A stretch of 64,000 nt of DNA from Cladosporium halotolerans (GCF_011745625.1 NW_027191452.1:1-64000); one strand, 5' to 3'. Positions 45,895 through 57,845 are shown, counted from the first letter of the stretch. Notes: generated by a model from the letters alone, not told the origin. Program-made: numbers and translations.

Positions 45895-48699
45895 ATGGCG
45901 ACCCACGGCGTCGTGGTATCGCGCGCGAACAATGCCACGCCAGCTATTGGAGGTCTCTTCGCCGGCAAAGGCTTCTTCCTCGTCCAGCGCATGCCCATGC
46001 GCAGCAGCTACATCGACACGGTCAAGGCGAACGGTGGCCGCGTTGTTCGCGTCGAGCTACAAGCAGACTACATCATCGCCGACCACCTGCGCAATGACTG
46101 TCCGCCCACGAGCTTGAGTTACACATTCATCGACGCGGCGGTTCGCGGCGGAGCGCTCCCTGACCCGAACGAGCATCGCGCAGGACCCGCGCCTGGCGTT
46201 GTGCGGGAGATTGGCAGCACCGTCGTGCCACAAAGGAATACCAGGACGCCTTACACAGCGCAAGATGATCGCGATTTGTGGAATTGGGTGCAGAGGTGTC
46301 AGAAGTTGGGCGTGCAAGGTGTCAAAGGAAACGAGATGTACAAGCAGCTCGAGGCAGTCAATCCGAGGCACACATTCCAATCGTGGAGAGATCGATATGT
46401 CAAGAAGCTTATGCACAACCCGCCTAGCGGTGTTGCGGAATCACCAAATGCTGGCACGCAGACTCCCACATCACCAAGGCGCAGGCTCAATTTGGATGGA
46501 GCGGCCGACAGCGGCGGAAAAGTAAAAGGAGCAGAGAGTGGGCGCCGAAATGGTATTGGGAAATCCGGAGCGGAAGGGGTTGGACAGCCAGAGGGAGCTG
46601 GTGATGACGAAGCCGCTGAGGAAGAACACGAACAAGGAGAAGAACAGGACGAGGACGAGGAAGATGTGGACGATGAGGACGAGCGGCACACGCTCAACAC
46701 AGACTTTGGCATGCTTATGGGCAACGTCGAGCACATCTTATGTGTTCCAAACGACTCACAGGACGAGATGTGGGAACAATTGGCTGTGAATGAACCGCAT
46801 CGCACCGCGGAACAGTGGAAAAGCCTTTACGAAAGGAAGGTGTTGCCCGCTTATAAGCAGGAGCAGAAGCGCAAGCAAGAGCAGCGCAGTAAAGCCTCTC
46901 CATCGAAACAGCCAGCTCGCCCGGCCACCCCAGAACAACCGATGCCGGAAGTCGAGTTGACTACACCGGAAATGGTCGCCCTAAAAGCCCGAAAGGCGAA
47001 AGAAAAACTTGAGCAAGAGCGAGCTGCTGCCGTGAGCACGCAGAAGCGTAAGCGTCAAACACTCACTCCGAAGGTCAACACATATGGACAAAAGCGCGCG
47101 AAAGCGAACCATTCCAGCATCTTTGCGGAAGATGAGGCTGAAACTGGGAATGGGAGTCGCCAGCAGGCCGCAGCTGAGGCGAACTCTGAGCCAGCTGAAA
47201 CACTGACCGGACAACAGCCGGTCATCGATTCGAGCAGAAACATGGAAGAAGATGACGACGCAGAATCGCTCCCATTGCCAGGCGAAGAACCCCTGCCAAC
47301 GTCAGAGATCCACCGCGCAGCAAAGACACAATTCATGGCTGAAGCCAATCAATCGGACAGCGAGCCCGTCTTGCCCGCTGCTGCACCTCAGCCGGATGTG
47401 CTTAAGGACACAGAGATGACGCTTGATGGTACAAAGCACACGACTGTCGCCGACACTGACGCCCAAGAACTAGGAGAATCTCTCCCAGATATCGAAGCTG
47501 CGACGGAGCAACAGCAGCAGCAAGGAGACGAAGCTGCTTCAAGCGGTGAAGTCAGCACTGGAAAAGACGCGGAAGCAATCGCGGAGGTCGTTCCCGAGAA
47601 GGGTCTCCAATTGACTGAAGAAAACCTTGCGAGTCAGCAAGCACAGCACAGCGCTCAATTGTTGCGAGGCGCCGATTTACCGAAAGACGACGACAACCAG
47701 GATCAGACCCGCTATGCAGACTACCTGCAGGGCCTCTTACGCGCAAACCAGCGGGAAGTTACCTCCGCGGATGCTGACATTCCTGGTCGCTTGATGGACA
47801 CACCAGAAGAAGAGGGTGCTGACGCTATCGAGTTGGAGTCCGACCGCGAACTGGGCCCAGAAGACAAAGCAGACGATACGGCACAGTTGGCGGAGAACGG
47901 TGATAGTGCTAGGGTCGAGGGGGAGAATGGCCGTGCTGGCAATGACAACGATATCAGTCAGGGAAACGGTGAAACTCTGGAGATTGATCTGTCCTTGGCT
48001 GAGCCCGACGGAGGGTTTCAGTGGTCTTCGCAGGAGAAATCACAAGAGCAACAACTTCCAAACGAGCATGTGTGGGAGCAGCCGCTGGGGCAGAAGTCTC
48101 CATCAAACAACGGAGAGGTTCCGCAAAGCGCTGAGGAAAACTTTGATGAAGACGATTTGGATGAGGCTCCGCCGAAGGCATACACTTCCACCAAGGGAGT
48201 ACAACAGCCTGACTCTAACCTTCCTCTGCCAGCAGACTCGGATGCAGGCGAAGCGGACCCAGAGCTTCCAGAAGACCCAGCACAAACACCAAAGTCTCGT
48301 GTTCAACCGCGTACACCGAAGCCGACGTACTCCTCCCGCAGAGCTAGGGCGTCGGCATCAGCCAAGAAGTCACCTCCTGCCGAACAGCCCGACGCTCCTC
48401 CAAGCGAAACGATCCAATCGTTCCTCGACCGCCTCACAGCAAAGGGCTGCGCGCCAGCCGCTCTCCACAGCGCGCTCTACCGCACTTCTGCACAAGTCAG
48501 GGTCGCCGAGATGGTCGCTATGTACGAGAAGCTGGGCATAGCTCTTCCGGGCAACATCCCTCAGATCTGGACTGCGGAGGACGATGCAAAGGTTGCGAGC
48601 ACGGATGCCTCGGTATTGAAGGAGTTGTGCGCGAGGAAGGGGTGGGAGGAGTACCAGTTCAGAGCGACCTTTTTGGAGAATTGGGGGGCTGGCCAGTGA
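45895..48699 (+). CDS. RAP1: Telomere-associated Rap1 (BRCT, Myb, long acidic linker, Rap1 C-terminal domain)
   Basis: BRCT (LFAGKGFFL..NGGRV..SYTFID), Rap1 Myb (RTPYTAQDD..GNEMYKQLE..HTFQSWRDRYVK), C-terminal ALYRTS..LPGNIPQIWTAEDD..KGW..RATFL. Confidence 0.88.
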   Translation: MATHGVVVSRANNATPAIGGLFAGKGFFLVQRMPMRSSYIDTVKANGGRVVRVELQADYIIADHLRNDCPPTSLSYTFIDAAVRGGALPDPNEHRAGPAPGVVREIGSTVVPQRNTRTPYTAQDDRDLWNWVQRCQKLGVQGVKGNEMYKQLEAVNPRHTFQSWRDRYVKKLMHNPPSGVAESPNAGTQTPTSPRRRLNLDGAADSGGKVKGAESGRRNGIGKSGAEGVGQPEGAGDDEAAEEEHEQGEEQDEDEEDVDDEDERHTLNTDFGMLMGNVEHILCVPNDSQDEMWEQLAVNEPHRTAEQWKSLYERKVLPAYKQEQKRKQEQRSKASPSKQPARPATPEQPMPEVELTTPEMVALKARKAKEKLEQERAAAVSTQKRKRQTLTPKVNTYGQKRAKANHSSIFAEDEAETGNGSRQQAAAEANSEPAETLTGQQPVIDSSRNMEEDDDAESLPLPGEEPLPTSEIHRAAKTQFMAEANQSDSEPVLPAAAPQPDVLKDTEMTLDGTKHTTVADTDAQELGESLPDIEAATEQQQQQGDEAASSGEVSTGKDAEAIAEVVPEKGLQLTEENLASQQAQHSAQLLRGADLPKDDDNQDQTRYADYLQGLLRANQREVTSADADIPGRLMDTPEEEGADAIELESDRELGPEDKADDTAQLAENGDSARVEGENGRAGNDNDISQGNGETLEIDLSLAEPDGGFQWSSQEKSQEQQLPNEHVWEQPLGQKSPSNNGEVPQSAEENFDEDDLDEAPPKAYTSTKGVQQPDSNLPLPADSDAGEADPELPEDPAQTPKSRVQPRTPKPTYSSRRARASASAKKSPPAEQPDAPPSETIQSFLDRLTAKGCAPAALHSALYRTSAQVRVAEMVAMYEKLGIALPGNIPQIWTAEDDAKVASTDASVLKELCARKGWEEYQFRATFLENWGAGQ

Positions 48700-48923
48700 G
48701 CCGCTTGAAGGCAGTAATGTAATCGCTCTGGGCTTTCGCTTCTTCATGTAAATAGGAGACGTAGCTTTGTGTATACTCTCGCTAGATTACAATTTGCTGC
48801 ACAACACTTCAGAACCAGTATTCTCTTCTCACTGACATAAGTCTTGATGAACCAGATCTCTATGATGGCTATATCGTCTCGGCATCTCTATGTTTGACCG
48901 TCTTAAATCTATCCCCAACAAAT

Positions 48924-50682
48924 CTACTTCCTCTCCAAGTTCCCATGCAAAGTATGCTGCTGGATAAAGAAACTCGACACCGCCGCCAACGTCGCAAACC
49001 CCAGCGCCGCAACCCACACGCCCCTAAACGACTCCACATACGCGTCCATAACGCCCTCATACCACCCCTCCGGCAGCCTATGCACCTCGTCCACCGAATC
49101 CCGAATCCGGCCTATCTCCTCCCCCGCGCCCGGCAGCCCGCCAAAACGCCTCTCCAGCCCGCCCTTGAGCAAGTTCTGGAAAATCGCCGACGAAATCGTG
49201 ATGCCTATCGTCGAGCCGGTGGAGCGGAAAGCGTACGACGCGGACGTGATGACGGCCTGGTGCTTGTGCTCGACGGCCGCGATGAGCGCGATCAGCGTCA
49301 CGGTCAGCATGCTGCCGTAGGCCGTGCCGCTCATGAAGAGGTAGAAGAAGGGCGCGACGGGGTTGACGCGCGGTGTGAAAGTGCCCAGGATCGCGGCCGC
49401 GGACGTCAGGCTCAGGACCTGCATGCCGAGGTTCCAAAGCCGGTACTTTCCTGTCGCGCGCATCATGATGCCCGTGCTGAGGCTGCCGAGGGCTGTGCCC
49501 GCGGATTGCGGGATGAGGCGGGCGCCGGCGGCGGTGGAGGAAAGGGAGAGGACGGTCTGGAAGTAGATGGGGACGTAGTAGAGGAGGCCGAAGACGGCCA
49601 TGGTGATGAACCAGTTGGTGAGGCAGGCGGCCGCGACGGTTTGCTGGGTCAAGAGGCGGACGGGGATGACGGGTTCGGAGGCGATGCGGTCTTCGATGAA
49701 GATGAAGACGAGCAGAGCTGCGAAGGAGAGGGGCAGCGAGGCGAGGACGAGAGGGTGCGTCCAGGGGACTAGGTTGCCGCCAGAGTTGAGGCCGAGTAGG
49801 AGGAGGACCAGGGTGACGCTGAGGGAGAAGGAGCCGAGAAAGTCGACGCGGCGGATCTTGGAGGTGTCGGACTCCTTGATCGGGACCTTTACGGTGCAGT
49901 AGCTCAGGATGCCGGCGAAGACGATGAATGGCACTTGAATCAGGAAAGCCCACCGCCATCCTATCGAGTCGTGAATCGCTCCACCAAACAGACCACCCAA
50001 GCCCATTCCAGTTCCGTAGACGATGTTCCCAATGCCCTGCCAGATGCCGCGTTTCCTCAACGGCACAAGATCAGAACCGACGAACGTCGAGATCGTATTG
50101 AGACAACCACCTCCAGCCCCCGCTACCAACCGTCCCAAGATAATCACCCACTCCTCCTGCGCAAGGCCACACATAAGCGTTCCGATAGCAAAGAACGTGC
50201 TCGCGAACGCCAACCCTGCGCGGCGGCCATAGATATCCGTGAGCTTCCCAGACAGCGGCTGGAACGCAGCATTCGTGATCAAATACCCCGACGCAAGCCA
50301 CGAGAAGAGCGTAAACGAGTTGAAACTCGCACTTATCGGCCCAGAGAGCGTCGCAACAATCGTCGAATCTAGCAACATCTGCTATCAGCAATCCCAATCA
50401 CCCAACCCACCATGTTTGGAATTCCAACCTACCCAGCGCCGCAAAAAACGTGCTCAGCCACATACTCCCCATCGTGACCACCAGCCGCCTCGTGCTCAGC
50501 TCGTCCGCGACAGGCACCGTATTCGCCTCATACTCCCTCCTCTCCTGCCTCGCGCGCGCCTCCAAAGCCTCCGTGTCCTGCTCTTCTTGCTCTTGCCCGC
50601 CCAGCAGCGGAGACCGCTCGTCGGCCACCGGCTCGGGCTCTACGACCCTCAAATCTTTCGAACCGCGCCCCGATTGCGACAT
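48924..50682 (-). CDS. MFS transporter, DHA2/Vba-like; intron 50369-50432
   Basis: ERSPLL dileucine motif, FFAALDSTIVAT after splicing, GKLTDIYGRR, GRLVAGAGGG, WRWAFLIQVP. Confidence 0.92.
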
Positions 50683-50971
50683 TTTTCATTCCAAGCACAC
50701 ATGCAAGCACGCAGGAGAATCGGAGGACAGGGCGCGATTTGTAGATTAATATCGCGAGCGCGGGAGCGAGCCACTGACGTTGATCGGCAGGACCCGCACG
50801 ACGGACCGAGTTCGGCGATGGCTGCGTGCCGGAGGATTGAAAGTTTGGCTGGATCGGGAAGGTGGTCGTGGGAGTGGATATGTGCTTTTGTCTAAGCGGT
50901 GGTTTGATCATTATTTGCTTATTATATCATGTCATTAAGTAAAGGTACATGGCATTATTCACACAAAGCTC

Positions 50972-53155
50972 TTAAAGCGCGCAGAAATACGCAGCGAGCA
51001 ACGCTAAAATGAGGGGAACAGGACTCCATCTGCTCGTCGGTCCAGCATCACTTGTGCCGGTGCTCGATGCAGTGGACGAGCTTTCGGACTCGGATGAACG
51101 GGTCGCTTGCGCTCTATCGGACTGCTGTGTGCTGTCCTCGTTGGCGGACGTGCTGCTCCGCGTACGGTCAGACGAGGTCTCCGAAGCGTCGCCAGACGGC
51201 TTCCCTGTTGAGCCTGCTTGGGAGTCACCTTGCGATGATCCTCCAGCTGAACCAGAAGGTTGCACGCGGACCAGGCCCTGCGAGCCTGCGGTGTATGTAG
51301 CAGCGTCGATCTCGACGGCAGTGCCGCCCTGCGAAGCGACGTGTGTTGTGGAAGCATCGGGGATGACCCATGCGCCGTTGGAGTCCTGAGAGCAGGCCAT
51401 GACCTTGTTGCCCACGGTGATGACCGTGGTGTGGACTTTGGTGACGCCTGTGGGCTGATGCGAGCCGCCGCCGTTGCTGCCATTCTCGTTCTTATCCGAG
51501 CTGTTGTTGTTCGAATCGGTCTCCGTGTTTGATGCATCATGCCCATCAGAACCAGAATCGGAACCCGAACCAGAATCAGAATGAGATGCAGAACCAGAAT
51601 CGGAACCAGAGCCAGAGCCGGAGTCAGAACCAGAACCCGTAGGCGAAGCATTCCCACCACCATTTCCATTCGGTGACGACTCAGGACCCTTCTCAGGAAG
51701 CGCAGTGAAGTGCTCTCTCTCCGAAGTAGGATCCTCAGGCTGCGGTCCCAAAGAAGGCCCATCAATACCAGTCTGCCTAGGCGGCACCGGCCCATACGGA
51801 TTAATCGGCGTCGCAGGCGTCTTCTCAGGCTCTTGCTCGCTAGTCGTCTCACCCGGCCCGTAAGACGGGAGGTCGAGAGACGCTTCTGGAGTCAGCGCTA
51901 TCGGCGGGTCCCACACGCCGTCCGGGTGGATGATGCAGCCGTCGCCCCAGATGCTGGAGATTTCATGCGAGATGGTGGCGGGCGGGAGGAGCTGGGGTTG
52001 GTAGTCGTTGTAGATGGTCAGCTGGTCCTTGGTCAGGTTTCTGAACGGGGCCTGGGCGAGGACGGCGGCGTTGTTCAGGCCGCCGAAGTATGCGGCTGCC
52101 GGCACTTGCTGGTAGCAGGAGTCGCCGGCGCCGTCGGCGAGGGTGTAGTTGGTGGTATTGGCGTCCATGCAGAAGTAGTTGAGGTCCGCGAAGTTGAAGC
52201 GGTGGTGCTCGAATAGGGCGCGGTATCCGCGGACAGATGTGACCTGTTCCGGTTTGACGGGGATGATGGTGTGGTTGATTGTGGTGCCGCAGCCGTCCAC
52301 GCGGCTCATGAGAGCAAGTGAGACAGCAACCGTGGGTGATGTGATAGTAATGCCCTCGGTAACGAATGAGGCCGGCGGTCCCGTGGGAGAGCTGGTGATG
52401 GTCGAGGCGGTTTTGTTGCACAGGTCTCCATTCGCGCCTGTAGTCACAGGCCAGTACATGACCCTAGCGGTGTGTGCGTGGATCATGCAATTGTTGCATT
52501 CGGAGCCGCGGGCGTTGGTAGAGTATGAAGGAGGAGGGGCAGAAGGTGTTATTGTGCACAGAGGACCGCCGCCCGTTGCAAAGCCGTCCTGAGCCAATTT
52601 GCTGCTGAGGGAGGCCTCATATGAGCTGGACAGAGTCTTACAGTCCTCTGGCTGGATCGAGCATGGCGCCGGAGTGGGATAGACTGTGTTGCGTTCGGAC
52701 GACGTGATAGTGTTGGTCCAAGCCTCTGTTGATGTGTACTTCTTGCCTGTCGAGACAGAAGTGCGTCCGACGACGCGTGGATGACCATCGCACAGCGTAA
52801 TAACAGAAGTGACCTTTGTCGTTCCCGGGCTCCGCAAGGTCTCTGTGAAAGCGCTCGAAAATGTGGTTGTGGTGACACTGGCGGCGTCGTACATATAATC
52901 AAAAGAAGCACTGCTCCACTTCACGAGCGCTGCCTGGCATTTTGACGCGTATTCCTGTCCAGATCCAGTAGAGGCCAGAGAGGGTGGTTGCGTATGAGTC
53001 GCGGATCCGTTGTCGGCACCCAAGCCGGAAGCAATATAACCAGCGATGTTCCCAAATTGTGGCGTCGCAGAGGCCGGAGATTCTGCTGCGGCAGCCCTGC
53101 TCTGCAGCATGCAGCACACCAGGGCAAGAAGCGAAGGAGGTAACGAGAGTAGCAT
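50972..53155 (-). CDS. Secreted/GPI-like Ser/Thr-rich surface protein with Cys-containing domain and GSDS repeats
   Basis: Signal peptide, Cys-rich region (CNNCMI..VMYWP..SPTV..WDPPIAL), GSGSDS repeats, hydrophobic C-terminus. Confidence 0.82.
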   Translation of the reverse strand: MLLSLPPSLLALVCCMLQSRAAAAESPASATPQFGNIAGYIASGLGADNGSATHTQPPSLASTGSGQEYASKCQAALVKWSSASFDYMYDAASVTTTTFSSAFTETLRSPGTTKVTSVITLCDGHPRVVGRTSVSTGKKYTSTEAWTNTITSSERNTVYPTPAPCSIQPEDCKTLSSSYEASLSSKLAQDGFATGGGPLCTITPSAPPPSYSTNARGSECNNCMIHAHTARVMYWPVTTGANGDLCNKTASTITSSPTGPPASFVTEGITITSPTVAVSLALMSRVDGCGTTINHTIIPVKPEQVTSVRGYRALFEHHRFNFADLNYFCMDANTTNYTLADGAGDSCYQQVPAAAYFGGLNNAAVLAQAPFRNLTKDQLTIYNDYQPQLLPPATISHEISSIWGDGCIIHPDGVWDPPIALTPEASLDLPSYGPGETTSEQEPEKTPATPINPYGPVPPRQTGIDGPSLGPQPEDPTSEREHFTALPEKGPESSPNGNGGGNASPTGSGSDSGSGSGSDSGSASHSDSGSGSDSGSDGHDASNTETDSNNNSSDKNENGSNGGGSHQPTGVTKVHTTVITVGNKVMACSQDSNGAWVIPDASTTHVASQGGTAVEIDAATYTAGSQGLVRVQPSGSAGGSSQGDSQAGSTGKPSGDASETSSDRTRSSTSANEDSTQQSDRAQATRSSESESSSTASSTGTSDAGPTSRWSPVPLILALLAAYFCAL

Positions 53156-54623
53156 TTTCCACCAAGACACGGCCGCACGCCTGTGCGGACTCTGAACGAA
53201 GGGATGCGGACGCAAGAAGAAGGGCTCGACGCGGCAGACAGAGAGAGACGGACAAGGAGAGGCACGCAAAGGCACTTACGATGCTGGTGCAGCGTGGCAG
53301 ACGGCCGCACCGCCCAAACACTAAGGAGCGAGTATGACGACGCAGCACGAAGGGCAGGCCGGGTCGCTGGGAGGCAGAGGGCCAGCGGACGGTCTGTTTG
53401 CGGTGCCAGGGCGTGCAAGGCCGTGCTAGGCCTGCCACCGTCTGCGAAAAGCTGGTAGGGGCAAACTCTCCGTGCGAAAGCTCGTGTTCGCGGAATTCAG
53501 AGCCGCAAAATGCGCGGTGACGGCGGTTTAGGGGTGCTCCCGCCGGGAGCTAGCGAGTAGCCGCTTCGGCACGTGTCATTGGTCGGTGATCATAATCGCA
53601 CCCTTGTCCCTCTGTATAAGCCGATATTAATGCGGCGTCACTTACTCGGTGCGTGCGAGAAGACGAAAATCGTCTTGCTTCCTCCAGAGGCCCGAAACAG
53701 TACACGAGTACAGAATGTGAAGACCGAGAAAGGACTTCGAGTTGACGTCGCCATTCACAAGACGTTGGTCACACGTCCCGTCCTCCAAACGCTAATCGGC
53801 GCCACCGAAAGGTTGTGACACGAATAGCACCTGTATTGTTTCCGAGCCTTATCACACCAACCTTCTACATCACGTCGATCATCTGTACTGACATCGCAGA
53901 GCTTTGTATTGAAAAATTTAATTTTACACAGATATCACACGCAACGGAACAGAAAAGGGATTACAAGCCATTCATCAGAGACATACAGATGTGTATTCGT
54001 GCCCAACAGGGCACAAAACTTATCCTAAACATACATGCCCAAAGCGCAACGCACCACGCCCCTCTCCCATGGATCCATCCAAGGGCACAGGAGAGAGGAA
54101 GCAAGAGACTCAAAAGTCTCTTCTTGGGCAAAGCAAAGATGCGTTCGCAAGTCCGGCCCACGGAGACGGCGCTCAGGCTTTTAGAAGATTAAAACAAATC
54201 GCTCGCAATAGGAGAGCCTTGATCCAAAATGAACCTCGACCCTCCCGTCAAAAATCAAATCCTGGGCACCCGAGTACCAATGCCGCAGACTGAGATCGTG
54301 CACCCGCGCTAAAGGGCGGAGAAGTCTGCGAGAGAAAAAGTGTCGTGAAGAATGCAAAGGGGGTGCGCACTTCCTTGCGAGCCCCGAACAACAAGATCGC
54401 TGAGAACGCTTCGTCAAAATTGTAACCAGAATTAGTAAGACATCGTCGAGTATCGATGCGCTTTCAAGAGTGGATGGGCTGCCGTCAGCCAATCCCAACT
54501 GTGGCCCTCGCTCCAGGAGAGGGGACGTCAAGAACATAGTACGAAAGGCGCCGCTCGTCTCCCACTGGGGGAAGAAACAAGCAGCAAGCCGAAATCCGGC
54601 CAGCGAAAACGACACGCTAGAAC

Positions 54624-57600
54624 TTATACACCGCTGTCCTCGACGTGGATGTTGTTCAGCGCGGCGTACTGGTTCCAGCTCTTGCAAGTGCCGTCGAGCT
54701 GGCACGAGTCCGTCACCGTGTCGCGGATCTGCTCCTTGGCCTCGATGATCTGCAGCGCGAAGCCCATCGACACGTGCCAGCCGATGTGGCAGTGCACGAG
54801 CCAGGCGCCGGGGTTGTCAGTTTCGAAGCCGATGACCACGTAGCCGCCCTCGCGAGTCTCCTTGTTGAAGGGCATGAGCGCGGTGTCTCTGCGGGGAGGG
54901 TTGTCGAGCTTGAGCTTGACGTCGTCGCTGTAGGGACCTGTGCCTTGCGCGAGGATGAGGGAGTCGTGGCCGTGGAGGTGGATCGGGTGCGGGAGCGGAA
55001 CGGGGGACTCGACGATGATGTAGACCCATTCTTTGAGCTTGGGAACTTCGATCGCGAGGTTGCCGGAGTAGCTGGGGATTGTGTCGTTCCAGTAGATGCC
55101 GCCGAGAGTGGGGTCGCCCCATTGGGACTGGAAGGTATTGCCGTCCAGTGTCCACTTGAAGAGGTTGGGCGTATTGGGACCCTCTCCGATGAGGACGTTC
55201 TTGTGAATCTCGGAAGTTTGAGGTCCGGCATACATGGGTGCAACAGGAACAAGCTTTTCGTACGGCTCGTCGATGCAGTCATCTTCGTATTCGCGGCTGA
55301 CCGTGTTAGGGGTGCCTGTGAAGCCGGCATAGTGCACAATGCCCTTGATGTCTCTTGAGTTGTGGAGCTTGGCGCAAGATTGCTGGTTGTCTGAGCGCAT
55401 CCAGTAGTCACCAGGTTTTTGGTCTGCTTTGACGAGGACGTCGTATCTCTGACCGATGTTGATGTTGAGAATGTCGGTCTCGTACGGCTCGATCGGAACA
55501 AAGTCGGCAGAGATGACAGTGAACTTGTGACCATCGATGTGGAACTTGAATGTAGACTGAATGGCGGTGTTGACGACGCGAATGCGGTGAGTCTTGCCGG
55601 GCTGGAAGGTCATTTCAAAACGCTTGCCAGTCACTGTCGTGCCGTTGTCAGGGCTCCAGACGTTCATGCCGTTGATCAGGCCAGTGTCGAGAGTTCGAGG
55701 ACCGTATTTGGGAGCGGGGCCAACAGTCTCGGCGAAGTGGTACTGCTCGTCTGCAGTCTGATGGTTCCAATCTTGGAGAACTGCGAAGCCGGTGTCGATG
55801 TCATATTCAGCAGAGCTGGGACCGTGGATGATCATTGGGCCGAAGACGCCATCGTAGGCTTGAAGCGCAAAGTGGGAGTGGTACCATGTTGAGCCGTAGT
55901 TGCTCGCGACGAATGTGTACGTCATCTTCTCTCCAGGAGCGAGGGCGCACTGAGTGATTGAGGGGACACCGTCCATCTCGTTGGTGTTGAGCTGGCGCAA
56001 GCCGTGGAAGTGAATGGAAGTTCCGTTGTTCTGGAGTTTGTTCTCAAGGTGAACAACCAGAGTATCGCCCCAGCTGGCTTCAATCAGAGGCCCAGGCATC
56101 TGGCCGTTTATGGTGAGGCCAATACGTGGAACGCCATCAGGCGCAACAGTGGTGTTCGAGATCTCAAGGAAGTATTCGCGGGTGCGACAAGTCTTGGGAG
56201 TGACCTTGTAGCTGTCGTCGTGAACGGTATAGCCGCAGAAGCTGTCAGGATCATTGCCGGGCTGGCCCTCGCAGGGAATGCAGAAGTCGGTTTGCGTAGG
56301 CTTCGAGGTACAAGTTGTGGGAGCCATGAAACCGCCAGCAGTCTTCGTGGCTGGGACACTGGGGTAGTGAGTGAGGTTGCCACCAAGAGGACCGGGGGTA
56401 TGGGTGACGGTGTAGTTGCCGCCGCCAGGAACAAGCTGGGAGCTTTGAGTCTGCTTGACATTGCTTGTCCAAACGCGGGTCATGGTCGAGTTGGCGAGGT
56501 ATGTGCTGCTGCGAGTGATGTTGCTGTTCTTGAATGTCCACACGCTTGTCGTAGGAACGGCAGTAGCATAGACGCTAGTGAATTCCGAAACACTCTCATC
56601 AATCCAGGTCGTCGGCACTGGGAGAGCATCTTGGGTAGCAGCAGCAGGGACGCTCGGGCTGGCTTCCGGGATATGTGTGCTTTCGACAGCTGCAGCTGGG
56701 CTTGACTCGACCGCAGAGTAGACTGAAGACGAAGGTGCGGCAGCGCTTGCTTCGGGTGCCGAGTTGACAGGCAGAGAAGCAGGGGTCGCATGGTGTGCCT
56801 CGGGTGCAGGCTGGGTGTAGTCAGGCATGTCAATGTGTCCATGCGAGCTAGACTGAGGGGGTTCGGCAGAGTACGCAGGGGGCGCGTAAGGTGCCGAAGC
56901 GCTCTCTCCAGGTTTGAGCGTGAAAGGCTTGGGGAGAGCACCCTGATGCTTCGGTTTGGCAGAGTCGTGAGACTGTACCGGTTGCACAGGGCTGACCTTG
57001 GGAGTAGAATCGTGCCCCTCAGTAGAGGGCAACGAAGATTCCACAGAAGGCTCAGGCAAGCCCTTGGTAGAATGCGTCAGGGGAATATCACCGTAGTTGG
57101 TCGGGTTCGCCCACGAACTAGTAGTCGGCACAGGCGAAGGATCGCCTCCAGCCTCGCCGACCGGAGCGCTCGGGGTCTCGAACCAACCAGACGGATGTAC
57201 GGTGTGAATACGGACCTCCGTTGCCGTAGTTTCAAAAACGGAGGTATAGGTCGAGGTTGATACGCTGTCGCCAGAAGGGTGAATCGACTCGAAAGGAAGA
57301 GCCGGGGTTAGTACTGATGGTGAGCTAATGGTGGTCTCTGGCGCAGCCGGGCGGCTGATGGGGTTGTAAAAATCCACGGTAGAGTCGTCGGATTTCGAGC
57401 ATACTGATTCCAGGACTGTGGTGTAAACCGTGACAGTCTTTTCGTCGAGGTATAGATCAACCGTCGGTGTCGCAGATGCATACTCCGTGACCACGGAGAT
57501 CACGGTAGCAGGTGCAACCTCGAGTGAGGGGTCTGATGTCGCAGAAGCAATCGGGGCGTGGCTATGTGAGCTGTTTTGGCGGTGGCCCAATGCTTGAAGT

Positions 57601-57845
57601 ACTGCGACAAATCGACTCCCCCATGTTGACTCCGTTGTGGGCGGATTTGAGGCTGGCTCACTCAGTGAAGAGGAACTCATGTGGCCGGATGACTCGGTGT
57701 CATCGGCATGTGGCGTGTCGATATGTAATGCTGGTAATACGGCTTTCCAGTTGCCACGTTTTGTGCCTGCAAATCCACTCATGCCTGGCATTGCGAGCGC
57801 CGGAGCAACGCTCGCAATAGTCGCCAACCAGGCAGTGGTCTTCAT
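54624..57845 (-). CDS. Laccase / multicopper oxidase (AA1) with long Ser/Thr/Pro-rich N-terminal extension
   Basis: HFHG, WYHSH, HPIHLHGH, HCHIGWH copper motifs; C-terminal DSGV; signal peptide. Confidence 0.93.
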   Translation of the reverse strand: MKTTAWLATIASVAPALAMPGMSGFAGTKRGNWKAVLPALHIDTPHADDTESSGHMSSSSLSEPASNPPTTESTWGSRFVAVLQALGHRQNSSHSHAPIASATSDPSLEVAPATVISVVTEYASATPTVDLYLDEKTVTVYTTVLESVCSKSDDSTVDFYNPISRPAAPETTISSPSVLTPALPFESIHPSGDSVSTSTYTSVFETTATEVRIHTVHPSGWFETPSAPVGEAGGDPSPVPTTSSWANPTNYGDIPLTHSTKGLPEPSVESSLPSTEGHDSTPKVSPVQPVQSHDSAKPKHQGALPKPFTLKPGESASAPYAPPAYSAEPPQSSSHGHIDMPDYTQPAPEAHHATPASLPVNSAPEASAAAPSSSVYSAVESSPAAAVESTHIPEASPSVPAAATQDALPVPTTWIDESVSEFTSVYATAVPTTSVWTFKNSNITRSSTYLANSTMTRVWTSNVKQTQSSQLVPGGGNYTVTHTPGPLGGNLTHYPSVPATKTAGGFMAPTTCTSKPTQTDFCIPCEGQPGNDPDSFCGYTVHDDSYKVTPKTCRTREYFLEISNTTVAPDGVPRIGLTINGQMPGPLIEASWGDTLVVHLENKLQNNGTSIHFHGLRQLNTNEMDGVPSITQCALAPGEKMTYTFVASNYGSTWYHSHFALQAYDGVFGPMIIHGPSSAEYDIDTGFAVLQDWNHQTADEQYHFAETVGPAPKYGPRTLDTGLINGMNVWSPDNGTTVTGKRFEMTFQPGKTHRIRVVNTAIQSTFKFHIDGHKFTVISADFVPIEPYETDILNINIGQRYDVLVKADQKPGDYWMRSDNQQSCAKLHNSRDIKGIVHYAGFTGTPNTVSREYEDDCIDEPYEKLVPVAPMYAGPQTSEIHKNVLIGEGPNTPNLFKWTLDGNTFQSQWGDPTLGGIYWNDTIPSYSGNLAIEVPKLKEWVYIIVESPVPLPHPIHLHGHDSLILAQGTGPYSDDVKLKLDNPPRRDTALMPFNKETREGGYVVIGFETDNPGAWLVHCHIGWHVSMGFALQIIEAKEQIRDTVTDSCQLDGTCKSWNQYAALNNIHVEDSGV

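Noticed and set aside
50379..50381. Proximal CAG acceptor in the MFS intron suggesting a frameshift
   Set aside because: The TAG 10 nt further on restores AALDSTIVAT; the CAG is too close to the branch site.
48924..57845. MFS + laccase as a secondary-metabolite cluster
   Set aside because: No PKS, NRPS, terpene synthase or cluster transcription factor in the window; the MFS looks vacuolar Vba-like.
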